Source: Oscillospiraceae bacterium
Lineage (GTDB): Bacteria; Bacillota; Clostridia; UBA1212; UBA1255
Length of the DNA: 64,000 nucleotides
Direction: 5' to 3'
Assembly (NCBI GenBank): GCA_015069185.1
Contig: SVJB01000002.1
Span: 797 to 64,796, forward strand
Position numbers and translations under genes: made by a program. A model generated the notes under the pieces. The model did not search any database, was not told the origin of the DNA, and saw only the letters and a program-made list of their open reading frames with translations. The first letter of the stretch is position 1. The number at the start of each line of letters is the position of its first letter. Of this stretch, positions 6,781 through 15,601 are shown one piece after another.

Positions 6781-8025
6781 ATGAATGTAGGTATTTTCGG
6801 TGGGACATTTGATCCCGTTCACACAGTGCATATACTACTAGCAGAGCTGATTAAGACACAGTTTTGTTTAGATAAAATAATATTTGTACCAACTGGTAAT
6901 CCTCCTCACAAAGTAGACAGGAGGATTACTCCGTCATATCATCGTATTAATATGCTTAAACTTGCTTTGGCAAATAGACCGGATTTCGAGGTGTCTGGCA
7001 TAGAAACAGATACAACCGAAATGTCATATTCCGTAACAACTGTTGCCAGACTGCAAGAGCGGAGCGCAGAATTATCACCTGATGGCAAACCGGATGATTT
7101 TTTCTTTATTATCGGTGGCGACAGTCTGGCTGATTTGCTTGATTGGCATGATTATGAGAAGTTATTTAAGCTATGTACATTTATTGCGGTACGTAGACCT
7201 GGTGTGTCAGATGATAGATTTGATAATGCATATCATACTGCCACCAAAGCCGGAGCCAGGATATTGGTAGCTGATAGTCCTGTATTTGATGTGTCATCTA
7301 CGGATATTCGCTTTGCGTTTGAGAATGATCTTGCTTGTGATAATGCCCCGGTGCTTCAGCATATTGATGCATCCGTAGCACAATATATTAGTGAAAATAA
7401 GCTGTATACAGCACAGACAAAGAGATTAATGACTATTGATGAGATGAAGCAAGATCTTAAGAGGTTGCTTACAGAAGAACGCTATGTACATAGCCTTGGC
7501 GTTATGGATGAAGCCGTGAGAATTGCGAAAATATATGGCGCGGATGTGGAAAAATGCCGTCTGGCAGGCCTGCTTCATGATTGTGCCAAGCAACTCACTG
7601 CTGCTCAATATAAATGGCTGGGGATCAGCGAAAATGCTTCTCCTGATGGTTTTGACGGTAGTACTGCTGATTATGATGATGGTGGCAAGGCCGCTCGCCA
7701 TGGCAGAGCAGGTGCTATATTAGCGGCCAAAAGGTATGGGATAGAAGATAAGGAGATTTTAGAAGCGATATCAGTACACACTACCGGTGCGCCTGAAATG
7801 TCACTGGTAGCTCAGGTTATATTTATTGCTGACTTTACAGAGATAGGCAGAGAAGGCAAACATTCTCAAGAGGTCCGCGATAAGTTGAATATCAGTTTAT
7901 TGGATGCGATTGTTGAAGAGTGCGATTGCGCCATCAAACACAATATTAAAAGAAGAGACAGACTACTGTCTTTGGACACAATCAGAACCCGTAATTGGGC
8001 TTTGACACAATTAAATAGGAAATGA
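6781..8025 (+). CDS. nadD: Fusion of nicotinate-nucleotide adenylyltransferase (NadD) and a YqeK-type HD-domain hydrolase
   Basis: N-terminus MNVGIFGGTFDPVHTVH (the (H/T)xxH nucleotidyltransferase motif). The C-terminal half has YVHSLGV...LLHDCAK...HTTG, typical of the YqeK HD domain. It is one uninterrupted frame. Start moved from 6676 to ATG 6781. Confidence 0.85.
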   Translation: MNVGIFGGTFDPVHTVHILLAELIKTQFCLDKIIFVPTGNPPHKVDRRITPSYHRINMLKLALANRPDFEVSGIETDTTEMSYSVTTVARLQERSAELSPDGKPDDFFFIIGGDSLADLLDWHDYEKLFKLCTFIAVRRPGVSDDRFDNAYHTATKAGARILVADSPVFDVSSTDIRFAFENDLACDNAPVLQHIDASVAQYISENKLYTAQTKRLMTIDEMKQDLKRLLTEERYVHSLGVMDEAVRIAKIYGADVEKCRLAGLLHDCAKQLTAAQYKWLGISENASPDGFDGSTADYDDGGKAARHGRAGAILAAKRYGIEDKEILEAISVHTTGAPEMSLVAQVIFIADFTEIGREGKHSQEVRDKLNISLLDAIVEECDCAIKHNIKRRDRLLSLDTIRTRNWALTQLNRK

Positions 8026-8038
8026 AAGGGACAATTTT

Positions 8039-8368
8039 ATGAGTACATTAACAAGTGAAAATCTGGCCAAAAGAATTGCAGAAATATTAGATTCAAAAAA
8101 AGGAAGAGACATTCAAACTATTAATATTGAGAAAAAAACAATCATTGCTGACTATTTTGTTATTTGTAGCGGTACATCTACTACACAAGTAAAAGGTTTG
8201 GCAGATGAGGTTGCTTTCCAACTGAAGCAACAGGGCAGAGAACCTGCACGTACAGAAGGATACGAATCGGGCAGCTGGATTTTATTGGATTATCTGGATG
8301 TAGTAGTACATGTATTCCTCCAGTCAGAACGGGAGTTTTACAGCTTGGACAAGTTGTGGCAGGCGTGA
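8039..8368 (+). CDS. rsfS: Ribosome silencing factor RsfS (YbeB/iojap family)
   Basis: DYFVICSGTSTTQVKGLADEV...WILLDYLDVVVHVF is typical RsfS. Its position after nadD/yqeK matches the B. subtilis yqe operon. Confidence 0.9.
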   Translation: MSTLTSENLAKRIAEILDSKKGRDIQTINIEKKTIIADYFVICSGTSTTQVKGLADEVAFQLKQQGREPARTEGYESGSWILLDYLDVVVHVFLQSEREFYSLDKLWQA

Positions 8369-8377
8369 TAGTGATGA

Positions 8378-9382
8378 ATGCGTAATACAATGAAAAGGAC
8401 ATTAAGTTTATTTATTGTTATTTTAGTAATGCTGTCTTTCTGTTCGTGCCACTATCTGGAGGGGAAAGTAATTCCCTCTGTATATTTTGATACAGCTTTT
8501 GAAAATGACACATATGTGGCGATTGATCGTTCTGTTATTAATAAAAAAACAGGCAAGGATATTTTCCTGGAGTATGATGAGATTGTGCCTCTTGCGCATA
8601 CCGAATCAGGCTTTGCTAGAACAGCGAGCTATTATGGTGCATATAACTATGACTTTGAATCAGAACTCATATTACAATATGCCTATTTAAAAATGTATTA
8701 CTATAACGAGGAAACAAAAGAAGATATATTTGAATACTACGATTGTTTAACTTATTTTGATTATCATGGAAATGAGATAAGTCGTAAATATCTTAATGGT
8801 CCAATGACAGAAGAACAAGTGATGGAACTTCGCGCTAAGAATATACCGAACGCAAACAGCTTTACTTTAGAAAAAGGACCTAGATGGCCTCATAAAGAAA
8901 GCGTAAAAAATGCTGATGAATTGTCTATTATAGAATATGTTGAGAAAACCCCAGAATATTCAGATGAAGGATTGGAAGTTGTTTGCTTTGCAAAGATGGT
9001 TGGTAAAGAATACTGGTTCGCAAAAATAATCTCTACACAAAGTCATTATAATTCAGGAGACCCACTTTTATACAGCGTTATATCTTCGGAAATTATAAGT
9101 TATAATCCCGATAGTGATGAATTTAAAGTAATTTATAAACACAATAAAAAAGGAGAAACAATAATAGATTTTACAGCTGAGGGATTATACACGCTCAATC
9201 GCAAAGGGAATCTGAGATATCATGATCTGGTAACAGGAAAGGATAAATTGATTATTTCTTTTCCCTCTCAGAGAATTACTTCCGTTACTGTAACAGAAAA
9301 CTTTTTTTATTTATATACTGAAGGAGAAGGAAGTCATTTTATATCCAAGGATGGGACGAAAATTGCGTATACTGACTTTTAA
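8378..9382 (+). CDS. Putative lipoprotein / secreted beta-propeller-like protein (DUF5050-like)
   Basis: Signal peptide with a lipobox-like LSFCSC. Tyr-rich repeated strands (FFYLYTEG, LYTLNRKGNLRYHDL). Family call is tentative. Confidence 0.5.
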   Translation: MRNTMKRTLSLFIVILVMLSFCSCHYLEGKVIPSVYFDTAFENDTYVAIDRSVINKKTGKDIFLEYDEIVPLAHTESGFARTASYYGAYNYDFESELILQYAYLKMYYYNEETKEDIFEYYDCLTYFDYHGNEISRKYLNGPMTEEQVMELRAKNIPNANSFTLEKGPRWPHKESVKNADELSIIEYVEKTPEYSDEGLEVVCFAKMVGKEYWFAKIISTQSHYNSGDPLLYSVISSEIISYNPDSDEFKVIYKHNKKGETIIDFTAEGLYTLNRKGNLRYHDLVTGKDKLIISFPSQRITSVTVTENFFYLYTEGEGSHFISKDGTKIAYTDF

Positions 9383-9386
9383 CAAA

Positions 9387-9430
9387 ACCGCCGAGCACAT
9401 TACTTAACTAAGCTCGGCGGTTGATTTTTA
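9387..9430. terminator. Bidirectional terminator between convergent genes
   Basis: ACCGCCGAGC (9387-9396) pairs with GCTCGGCGGT (9412-9421), followed by TGATTTTT. A-run on the other side. Confidence 0.75.
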
Positions 9431-9448
9431 ATATTTTCTATAACTTTT

Positions 9449-10693
9449 TTATTTTACTTCTACAAACTCTCCAAATCCACTTTCAGATGAATATGTTGAG
9501 CAATAAAGCTTTCCGTCGTCTGCGCTAACGACATAAATAGTTTCCTTATCTAACAGGTTAATAGAAGCAATGTTCATTTCACAAAGTTCTGTAGCTCTGT
9601 CTAACAATAAATCTTCAGGGCTTCCTGCATACAGCTTGTTGTTCAAGAGATAAACAATATTTTCACCGTAAACATTAATCATGTCAGGCTTCACGTTACA
9701 CAAAGTATCCTTATCACCTGTATCAGCGTCAAAACGTACGATATCATTATCTGTAATAGCGTGAATCCAGTTATCTTCTATTGCAAATGTGTGACATACT
9801 TCCTTAATCAGTCTGAACTCATACGCATCATCATCACCTTCGTATGTCTGAGATGGAGTTGCTGAGGGAGTTGCTGATGGACTTGCCGAAGCTGATGTTT
9901 CGCTGCGACCTGATGTAGATACCTGATAAATATAATTATCAGCCTTACGAATACCATAGATAGCACCGAAATACACAACAAACTCAGAATAAGTATATTT
10001 ACTTAATATTTTCTCCGCCTTGTTAAGGAAATCATATCTGCAAATAACAGCATCTTCATTCAGATAATACAAATACTGGCCGCTGACCATAAGATTTGAA
10101 TGAGCGCCCTCGATCAGCACTACAGGAGTCTGCATTGTCTGGGTGCCTGTCTGACCCTCACCGAGAGGACCGTCGTAAACATAACAAATATTACCTGCCT
10201 CGTTTACATAGAAAACGTAGTATGCGCTGACACCTGTTTGTCCTGCGTATGTTTTCTTGTCGTGAACCACATTAAGATCGGTTGCATTATCCTTAACAAG
10301 TTGCTTCACTACATCTCCGTATTTAACGAATATACCTGTATTACCTTCGCTATCCTTTGAGATATAATACAATCTATCGTTATGCTCTGCTACTGCGCTA
10401 CCATTCAGTATGTTGCCATACCATGTACCCAGATCTGTCATTGCAGTATCTGAGGTAGACGGAGAAGCTGTGGGAGCTGATGTACTTGAAGGATTGGTTG
10501 GATTGCCTTGATTGTTGTCGTTGTCATCAGACCCAAACTGTGTACACACAACATAAATCATGATACAGATTATAGCAGCTGTAAAAATAATAGTAACAAT
10601 ATCCATGACCTGAAGCTTGGGTAGCTTCTTTTTTTTCTTCTGTCCGGACATTCTTTCGTTATAGCTAAGATTTTCATTTTTCTTAGAACTCAT
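9449..10693 (-). CDS. Membrane-anchored DUF5050-like repeat protein with Ser/Thr/Pro-rich linkers
   Basis: N-terminal KKKKK + TM (IVTIIFTAAIICIMIYVV). Low-complexity PTNPSSTSAPTASPSTS and SASASPSATPSATPS. Repeated motifs of the type RLYYISKD, YYVFYVNEAGNICYVY, YLYYLNEDAVICRY. Confidence 0.6.
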   Translation of the reverse strand: MSSKKNENLSYNERMSGQKKKKKLPKLQVMDIVTIIFTAAIICIMIYVVCTQFGSDDNDNNQGNPTNPSSTSAPTASPSTSDTAMTDLGTWYGNILNGSAVAEHNDRLYYISKDSEGNTGIFVKYGDVVKQLVKDNATDLNVVHDKKTYAGQTGVSAYYVFYVNEAGNICYVYDGPLGEGQTGTQTMQTPVVLIEGAHSNLMVSGQYLYYLNEDAVICRYDFLNKAEKILSKYTYSEFVVYFGAIYGIRKADNYIYQVSTSGRSETSASASPSATPSATPSQTYEGDDDAYEFRLIKEVCHTFAIEDNWIHAITDNDIVRFDADTGDKDTLCNVKPDMINVYGENIVYLLNNKLYAGSPEDLLLDRATELCEMNIASINLLDKETIYVVSADDGKLYCSTYSSESGFGEFVEVK

Positions 10694-10836
10694 ATAATCA
10701 CTCCATTACAAAATATCAAATGACATATCGTTGATAATAACATTATTATACTACAATTTCAATATGTTGAAATTGTGTCATCAAGATTTATATTTTGTGT
10801 TCTTTTATCACATAATAGATATCAGAGGTGCTTTGT

Positions 10837-11703
10837 GTGAAAAAGATTGCTGTGAAAATTCTTCTTATCATATTTGGCTCTGCATTGGCGGGCATAGGGC
10901 TAAATCTTTTTCTTATACCTAATAATATAACACCAGGCGGATTATCAGGCCTTGCTATGCTTATCAGCACCATTTCAGGGGGGATTCTTCCTGTCGGTAT
11001 ACTCACGTTAGTACTTAACCTTCCTTTATTTATAATAGGATATAAAGTATTAGGAAAGAATTTTACTATAAACAGTGTTCTGGGTACAGTAGCTTTTTCC
11101 GTTTTCATTGATTTGATGTCTTTTGTTGATCGTTATCGTGACATAATTCTTAATATGAGTAACTACGGCGCTGAGGTGGATTATATTCTATGCGCTATTT
11201 TCGGTGGCTTATTGCTGGGTGGTGGGCTTGGTATCATATTCCGTAGCGGAGCTACTACCGGAGGCACAGATATTGTAGCACGCCTCGTACAGCGCAAAGC
11301 AAGCTGGATGACAATAGGACAACTTGTTCTTACATTGGACGCATGTTTCCTGATTGTTGTTTTCGCAACATACAGATCAATCATTGCTACCCTGTATACG
11401 GCAATTGCTATTTTTGTTTCATCTAAAGTGATTGATGTAGTAGAGGAGGGTGTGAACTATGCAAAAGAAATATATATTTTCACAGAAAACCCTGTAGACA
11501 TTTCCCGCGATATTCTAACAGATCTGCAACGTGGGGCTACTTTGGTAAAGGGAACAGGTATGTATACGGGCAGCGAAGTGTCAATACTTATATGTGTAGT
11601 TCATAACAGGCAGATTCAAGCACTCAGGACCATTGTGACACGCCATGATCCTAAGGCTTTTGTAGTAGTAAAAGATGTCAGAACAGTCCATGGGCTCTGG
11701 TGA
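10837..11703 (+). CDS. YitT-family membrane protein (DUF2179 C-terminal domain)
   Basis: ITPGGLSGLAMLI and GATTGGTDIVA motifs, multiple TM segments. Start set at GTG 10837, 6-7 nt after AGAGGTG. Confidence 0.8.
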   Translation: MKKIAVKILLIIFGSALAGIGLNLFLIPNNITPGGLSGLAMLISTISGGILPVGILTLVLNLPLFIIGYKVLGKNFTINSVLGTVAFSVFIDLMSFVDRYRDIILNMSNYGAEVDYILCAIFGGLLLGGGLGIIFRSGATTGGTDIVARLVQRKASWMTIGQLVLTLDACFLIVVFATYRSIIATLYTAIAIFVSSKVIDVVEEGVNYAKEIYIFTENPVDISRDILTDLQRGATLVKGTGMYTGSEVSILICVVHNRQIQALRTIVTRHDPKAFVVVKDVRTVHGLW

Positions 11704-11756
11704 ATTATGTTCATAAAAAATTTACAAATGCCGGTGGCACATACATAAAAAAATGT

Positions 11757-11785
11757 TTGCAATATGTCTTATGAACCTGTATAAT
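11757..11785 (+). promoter_or_regulatory. Candidate sigmaA promoter of the S10 operon
   Basis: TTGCAA (11757-11762), 17-nt spacer, TATAAT (11780-11785), about 75 nt upstream of rpsJ. Confidence 0.55.
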
Positions 11786-11860
11786 TGCAATGTTGCGCCT
11801 TGCCACGAAACACACGGCTTAGTGTCAGGGAAACAAAAATGAAAAGAAAGAGGTTTATGT

Positions 11861-12178
11861 ATGGCAAATAAACAAAAAATCAGAATTAAATTAAAAGCTT
11901 ATGATTTTCAGTTGCTTGACCAGGCTGCACTCAAGATTGTAGATACAGCTAAGAGAACTGATGCTGTTGTATCAGGTCCTATTCCGCTCCCTACAGATAA
12001 GGAAGTTGTTACAATTCTTCGTGCTCCTCATAAGTATAAGGACTCAAGAGAGCAGTTCGAAATGAGAACTCATAAGAGACTTATTGATATTTTGATGCCA
12101 ACACCCAAGACGGTTGACGCGCTCATGAGACTCGACCTTCCTGCTGGTGTAGATATTGAGATCAAAGTAAAACAATAA
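11861..12178 (+). CDS. rpsJ: 30S ribosomal protein S10
   Basis: [11 protein letters not shown]...[15 protein letters not shown]...GPIPLPT is typical S10; first gene of the S10 cluster. Confidence 0.97.
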   Translation: MANKQKIRIKLKAYDFQLLDQAALKIVDTAKRTDAVVSGPIPLPTDKEVVTILRAPHKYKDSREQFEMRTHKRLIDILMPTPKTVDALMRLDLPAGVDIEIKVKQ

Positions 12179-12198
12179 GATAGTAGAAGTTTTATTAA

Positions 12199-12276
12199 AT
12201 GCGTGCGCAGCACGTAAGGCTCTTTAAATATTATATGGAGAGCCGGTCATGTTCCGCAAATAGGAGTGGCGGAACC
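12199..12276 (+). other. Structured spacer (three stem-loops) between rpsJ and rplC
   Basis: Hairpins: 12202-12206/12210-12214 (CGTGC/GCACG); GGCTCT 12218-12223 / AGAGCC 12239-12244; GTTCCGC 12251-12257 / GCGGAAC 12269-12275. Confidence 0.5.
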
Positions 12277-12301
12277 AATAACCATAGGAGGTAAGTAGTT
12301 A

Positions 12302-12940
12302 ATGAAAAAGTTTATTTTAGGAACAAAAGTCGGCATGACTCAGATCTTTGACGAAGACGGCATTTGCACACCTGTAACAGTAGTACTCGCAGGTCCTTGC
12401 ACAGTTGTTCAGACAAAGAATGTTGATTCCGACAATTATGACGCAGTAAAATTAGGATACATTGCCGTAGATCTTAAGAAACTCAATAAGCCTGAGAGAG
12501 GTTTATTCGAGAAGCTTTCATTTGAAAAAGGTTTCAAACATTTAAAAGAATTCAAACCTGAGAATCCTGAGACTTATGAAGTAGGACAAGAAATTAATGC
12601 AAGCGTATTCAGCGCAGGTGACTGTGTAGACGTAAGCGGTACTTCAAAAGGTAAGGGCTATCAAGGCGCAATTAAAAGACATGGACAGAAAATCGGACCG
12701 AAGACTCATGGTTCTAAATATCACAGAGGCGTAGGTTCAATGGGTTCAACTTCTGATCCGGGTAAAGTTTTCAAAGGTAAGAACATGCCCGGTCACATGG
12801 GTGTTGAGAGAGTTACCGTGCAAAATCTCGACATCGTTAAAGTTGACACAGAGAAGAATCTTCTCCTCATCAAAGGTGCAGTTCCCGGACCTAAGGGCGC
12901 TTTGCTTGAGATCAGAGAATCAATTAAGTCCAAAGCGTGA
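12302..12940 (+). CDS. rplC: 50S ribosomal protein L3
   Basis: ILGTKVGMTQIFDEDG...GTSKGKGYQGAIKRHG is typical L3. RBS AGGAGG. Confidence 0.97.
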   Translation: MKKFILGTKVGMTQIFDEDGICTPVTVVLAGPCTVVQTKNVDSDNYDAVKLGYIAVDLKKLNKPERGLFEKLSFEKGFKHLKEFKPENPETYEVGQEINASVFSAGDCVDVSGTSKGKGYQGAIKRHGQKIGPKTHGSKYHRGVGSMGSTSDPGKVFKGKNMPGHMGVERVTVQNLDIVKVDTEKNLLLIKGAVPGPKGALLEIRESIKSKA

Positions 12941-12961
12941 TTGGGAAGGAGGACATAAATT

Positions 12962-13585
12962 ATGGCAAAAGTTAATGTTTATAATATGGAAGGCAAAGTT
13001 GTTGAAGAGCTCGAACTCAACCCTGCAATTTTCGATGTAGAAGTTAACGTTCATTGTATGCATGCAGCAGTTGTTAACCAGCTTGCTAACAAGCGTCAGG
13101 GCACACACTCAACTTTGACAAAATCAGAAGTAAGCGGTGGCGGTAAGAAGCCCTACAAACAGAAGGGTACAGGCCATGCAAGACAGGGTAGCACAAGATC
13201 AGCTCAGTGGATTCACGGCGGTATCGTTTTCGGACCAAAGCCAAGAGATTACAGCTACACACTGCCAAAGCAGGTTAAGAGACTTGCACTTAAGTCTTCT
13301 CTCACATCAAAAGTTATCGACAGCAATTTTATCGTTCTCGACACACTTGCTTTTGACAGCATCAAGACAAAGAACATGGTAAAGGTGCTTGGCAATCTTA
13401 ATGTTGAGGATTCAGCTTTAGTTGTTCTTCCTGAGAAAGATCTTAACGTAGTTAAGTCAGCAAGCAACATCGCAGGCATTTCAACAGCTTATGTTAATAC
13501 AATTAACGTATATGACATTCTCCGTCATACAAAGTTAATCGTAACAAAAGAAGCTTTAGAGAAGATTTCGGAGGTATACGCATGA
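12962..13585 (+). CDS. rplD: 50S ribosomal protein L4
   Basis: KGTGHARQGSTRSAQWIHGGIVFGPKPRDY is typical L4; cluster position. Confidence 0.97.
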   Translation: MAKVNVYNMEGKVVEELELNPAIFDVEVNVHCMHAAVVNQLANKRQGTHSTLTKSEVSGGGKKPYKQKGTGHARQGSTRSAQWIHGGIVFGPKPRDYSYTLPKQVKRLALKSSLTSKVIDSNFIVLDTLAFDSIKTKNMVKVLGNLNVEDSALVVLPEKDLNVVKSASNIAGISTAYVNTINVYDILRHTKLIVTKEALEKISEVYA

Positions 13586-13935
13586 ACGAATACGATATCA
13601 TAGTACGTCCCCACATCACTGAGAGAAGCTCAAGCGAAGTACAGGACGGTAAATACACTTTCGTAGTTGATATAAAAGCAACAAAGATTGATATTAAGAA
13701 AGCAATCGAAAAAATCTTTGAAGTTAAGGTTATATCAGTAAACACATCACGTTACGATGGTAAGAAGAGAACACGTAGACAGGCAGGCGGCATGGTAGAA
13801 GGTTCTACAGCTAAGTGGAAGAAAGCAATTGTTACAATTGATGCAAATCCAGCTCCTGTTGAGTATGTAGTAAACGGCGAGAAGAAAACCAAGAAGTTCA
13901 AGAATACAATCGAGAACTACGGTTTCGCTCAATAA
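13582..13935 (+). CDS. rplW: 50S ribosomal protein L23 (with a C-terminal extension of about 20 aa)
   Basis: IIVRPHITERS...KYTFVVDIKATKIDIKKAIEKIFEVKV is typical L23. ATGA overlap with rplD. Its 117 aa is longer than the ~95-aa B. subtilis protein. Confidence 0.95.
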   Translation: MNEYDIIVRPHITERSSSEVQDGKYTFVVDIKATKIDIKKAIEKIFEVKVISVNTSRYDGKKRTRRQAGGMVEGSTAKWKKAIVTIDANPAPVEYVVNGEKKTKKFKNTIENYGFAQ

Positions 13936-13953
13936 TGTAGGAGGACGATAGAA

Positions 13954-14787
13954 ATGGCTATTAAAAAGTACAATCCGACAACTCCGTCAAGAAGACAAAT
14001 GTCTGTTTCAGCATTTGATGAGATTACAGGCAAGAGTGAGATTAAGTCATTAATGTCATCTCTCAAGAAAAATGCCGGAAGAAACTCATATGGTAGAATC
14101 ACAGTTCGTCACCATGGCGGCGGAAACAAAAAACAGTATAGATTAATCGACTTCAAGCGTAATAAGGACGGAATTCCTGCAAAAGTTGCATCAATTGAGT
14201 ACGATCCTAACAGATCAGCAAATATTGCACTTTTAGTTTACGCAGACGGTGAGAAGAGATATATCATTCATCCCGTAGGACTCAATGTTGGTGACACTGT
14301 TGTATCAGGTCCCGACGCTGATATTAAGCCCGGCAATGCTCTTCCTTTGGCTAATATTCCTCTTGGTACAGTTATCCACAATGTAGAGATGAAGCCTGGT
14401 AAAGGCGCTCAGCTTTTAAGATCAGCAGGTTCTTTCGGTCAGCTTATGGCTAAGGAAGGCGATTACGCACAGGTTCGTCTTTCATCAGGTGAAGTAAGAA
14501 TGATCCCTATGGTATGTAAAGCTACAATCGGTCAGGTTGGTAACACAGATCATGAAAATATCAACATTGGTAAAGCCGGTCGTACAAGACATATGGGTAT
14601 CAGACCTCATGTTCGAGGCGTTGTTATGAACCCGAACGATCACCCACATGGTGGTGGTGAAGGTAAGTCACCTGTTGGTATGCCTAGCCCTGTAACTCCT
14701 TGGGGTAAACCTACTTTGGGTTACAAGACCAGAAAGAAGAACAAGGCTTCTAACAAGTTTATTGTAAGAAGACGTAACAGCAAATAA
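13954..14787 (+). CDS. rplB: 50S ribosomal protein L2
   Basis: [28 protein letters not shown]...HPHGGGEGK is typical L2. Confidence 0.98.
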   Translation: MAIKKYNPTTPSRRQMSVSAFDEITGKSEIKSLMSSLKKNAGRNSYGRITVRHHGGGNKKQYRLIDFKRNKDGIPAKVASIEYDPNRSANIALLVYADGEKRYIIHPVGLNVGDTVVSGPDADIKPGNALPLANIPLGTVIHNVEMKPGKGAQLLRSAGSFGQLMAKEGDYAQVRLSSGEVRMIPMVCKATIGQVGNTDHENINIGKAGRTRHMGIRPHVRGVVMNPNDHPHGGGEGKSPVGMPSPVTPWGKPTLGYKTRKKNKASNKFIVRRRNSK

Positions 14788-14801
14788 GGGAGGATTTATA
14801 T

Positions 14802-15089
14802 ATGAGTAGATCTGTAAAAAAAGGACCGTTCGTGCAAGAAAGACTCATGGCTCGTATCAATGCAATGAACGAAAAGAATGAAAAGATCGTTATTAAAACA
14901 TGGTCAAGAGCATCAACCATTTTCCCTCAGATGGTAGGACATACAATTGCTGTTCATGATGGCAGAAAGCATGTTCCGGTATATGTAACAGAGGAAATGG
15001 TAGGACACAAGCTTGGAGAATTCGCTCCCACAAGAACTTACAAGGGTCATGTTAATAAGAGCGAAAAATCAAGCGGCGTAAAGCGCTAA
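14802..15089 (+). CDS. rpsS: 30S ribosomal protein S19
   Basis: [10 protein letters not shown]...[30 protein letters not shown] is typical S19. Confidence 0.98.
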   Translation: MSRSVKKGPFVQERLMARINAMNEKNEKIVIKTWSRASTIFPQMVGHTIAVHDGRKHVPVYVTEEMVGHKLGEFAPTRTYKGHVNKSEKSSGVKR

Positions 15090-15109
15090 GATAGAAGGAG
15101 GAATATATT

Positions 15110-15586
15110 TTGAAACGTAGATTTTTAAGCGAAGCTGAACTTCTCGAAAAAAGAGAAGAGCTTATAGAACAATATAACTCCGTTACTCCCAAGAGCAAGA
15201 GCGTATGTGTGCTTACAAAGCGTCAACGTAAAGTGCTCGGAATCGGCAGAGATCAGGGTAAAGCAACTCTTTCTAATGCTCGTATTTCAGCAAGAAAGGT
15301 TAAGATTGTTCTCGACCTTATCAGAGGTAAAGATTTGGCAGAAGCACTTGCTATTGTTAGATTCACACCTAAGGCTGCATCAGAGATTATTTACAAGTTG
15401 CTCAAATCCGCTGAGGCTAACGCCGTTAACAATTTTGAACTTGATGGTGAGAAGCTGTATGTTGCAGAATGTTTCGCAAATCAAGGCCCTACTCTTAAAA
15501 GAGGCAGAGCTGCTGCAAGAGGTCGCGGAATCAGAATCAACAAGAGAACAAGCCACATCACTGTTGTATTGAAAGAAAGAGATTAA
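15110..15586 (+). CDS. rplV: 50S ribosomal protein L22 with an N-terminal extension of about 48 aa
   Basis: The core [25 protein letters not shown]...[27 protein letters not shown] is L22. TTG start at 15110 lies 8 nt after AGGAGG. No alternative RBS sits near the canonical L22 start. Confidence 0.9.
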   Translation: MKRRFLSEAELLEKREELIEQYNSVTPKSKSVCVLTKRQRKVLGIGRDQGKATLSNARISARKVKIVLDLIRGKDLAEALAIVRFTPKAASEIIYKLLKSAEANAVNNFELDGEKLYVAECFANQGPTLKRGRAAARGRGIRINKRTSHITVVLKERD

Positions 15587-15601
15587 TGGAGGAAGTAGAT
15601 T

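Noticed and set aside
12199-12294. 31-codon ORF (MRAQHVRLFKYYMESRSCSANRSGGTNNHRR*) in the rpsJ-rplC spacer as a possible leader peptide
   Set aside because: There is no SD upstream of its ATG, and the region is better explained by three stable hairpins. It is kept only as a note under the spacer finding.
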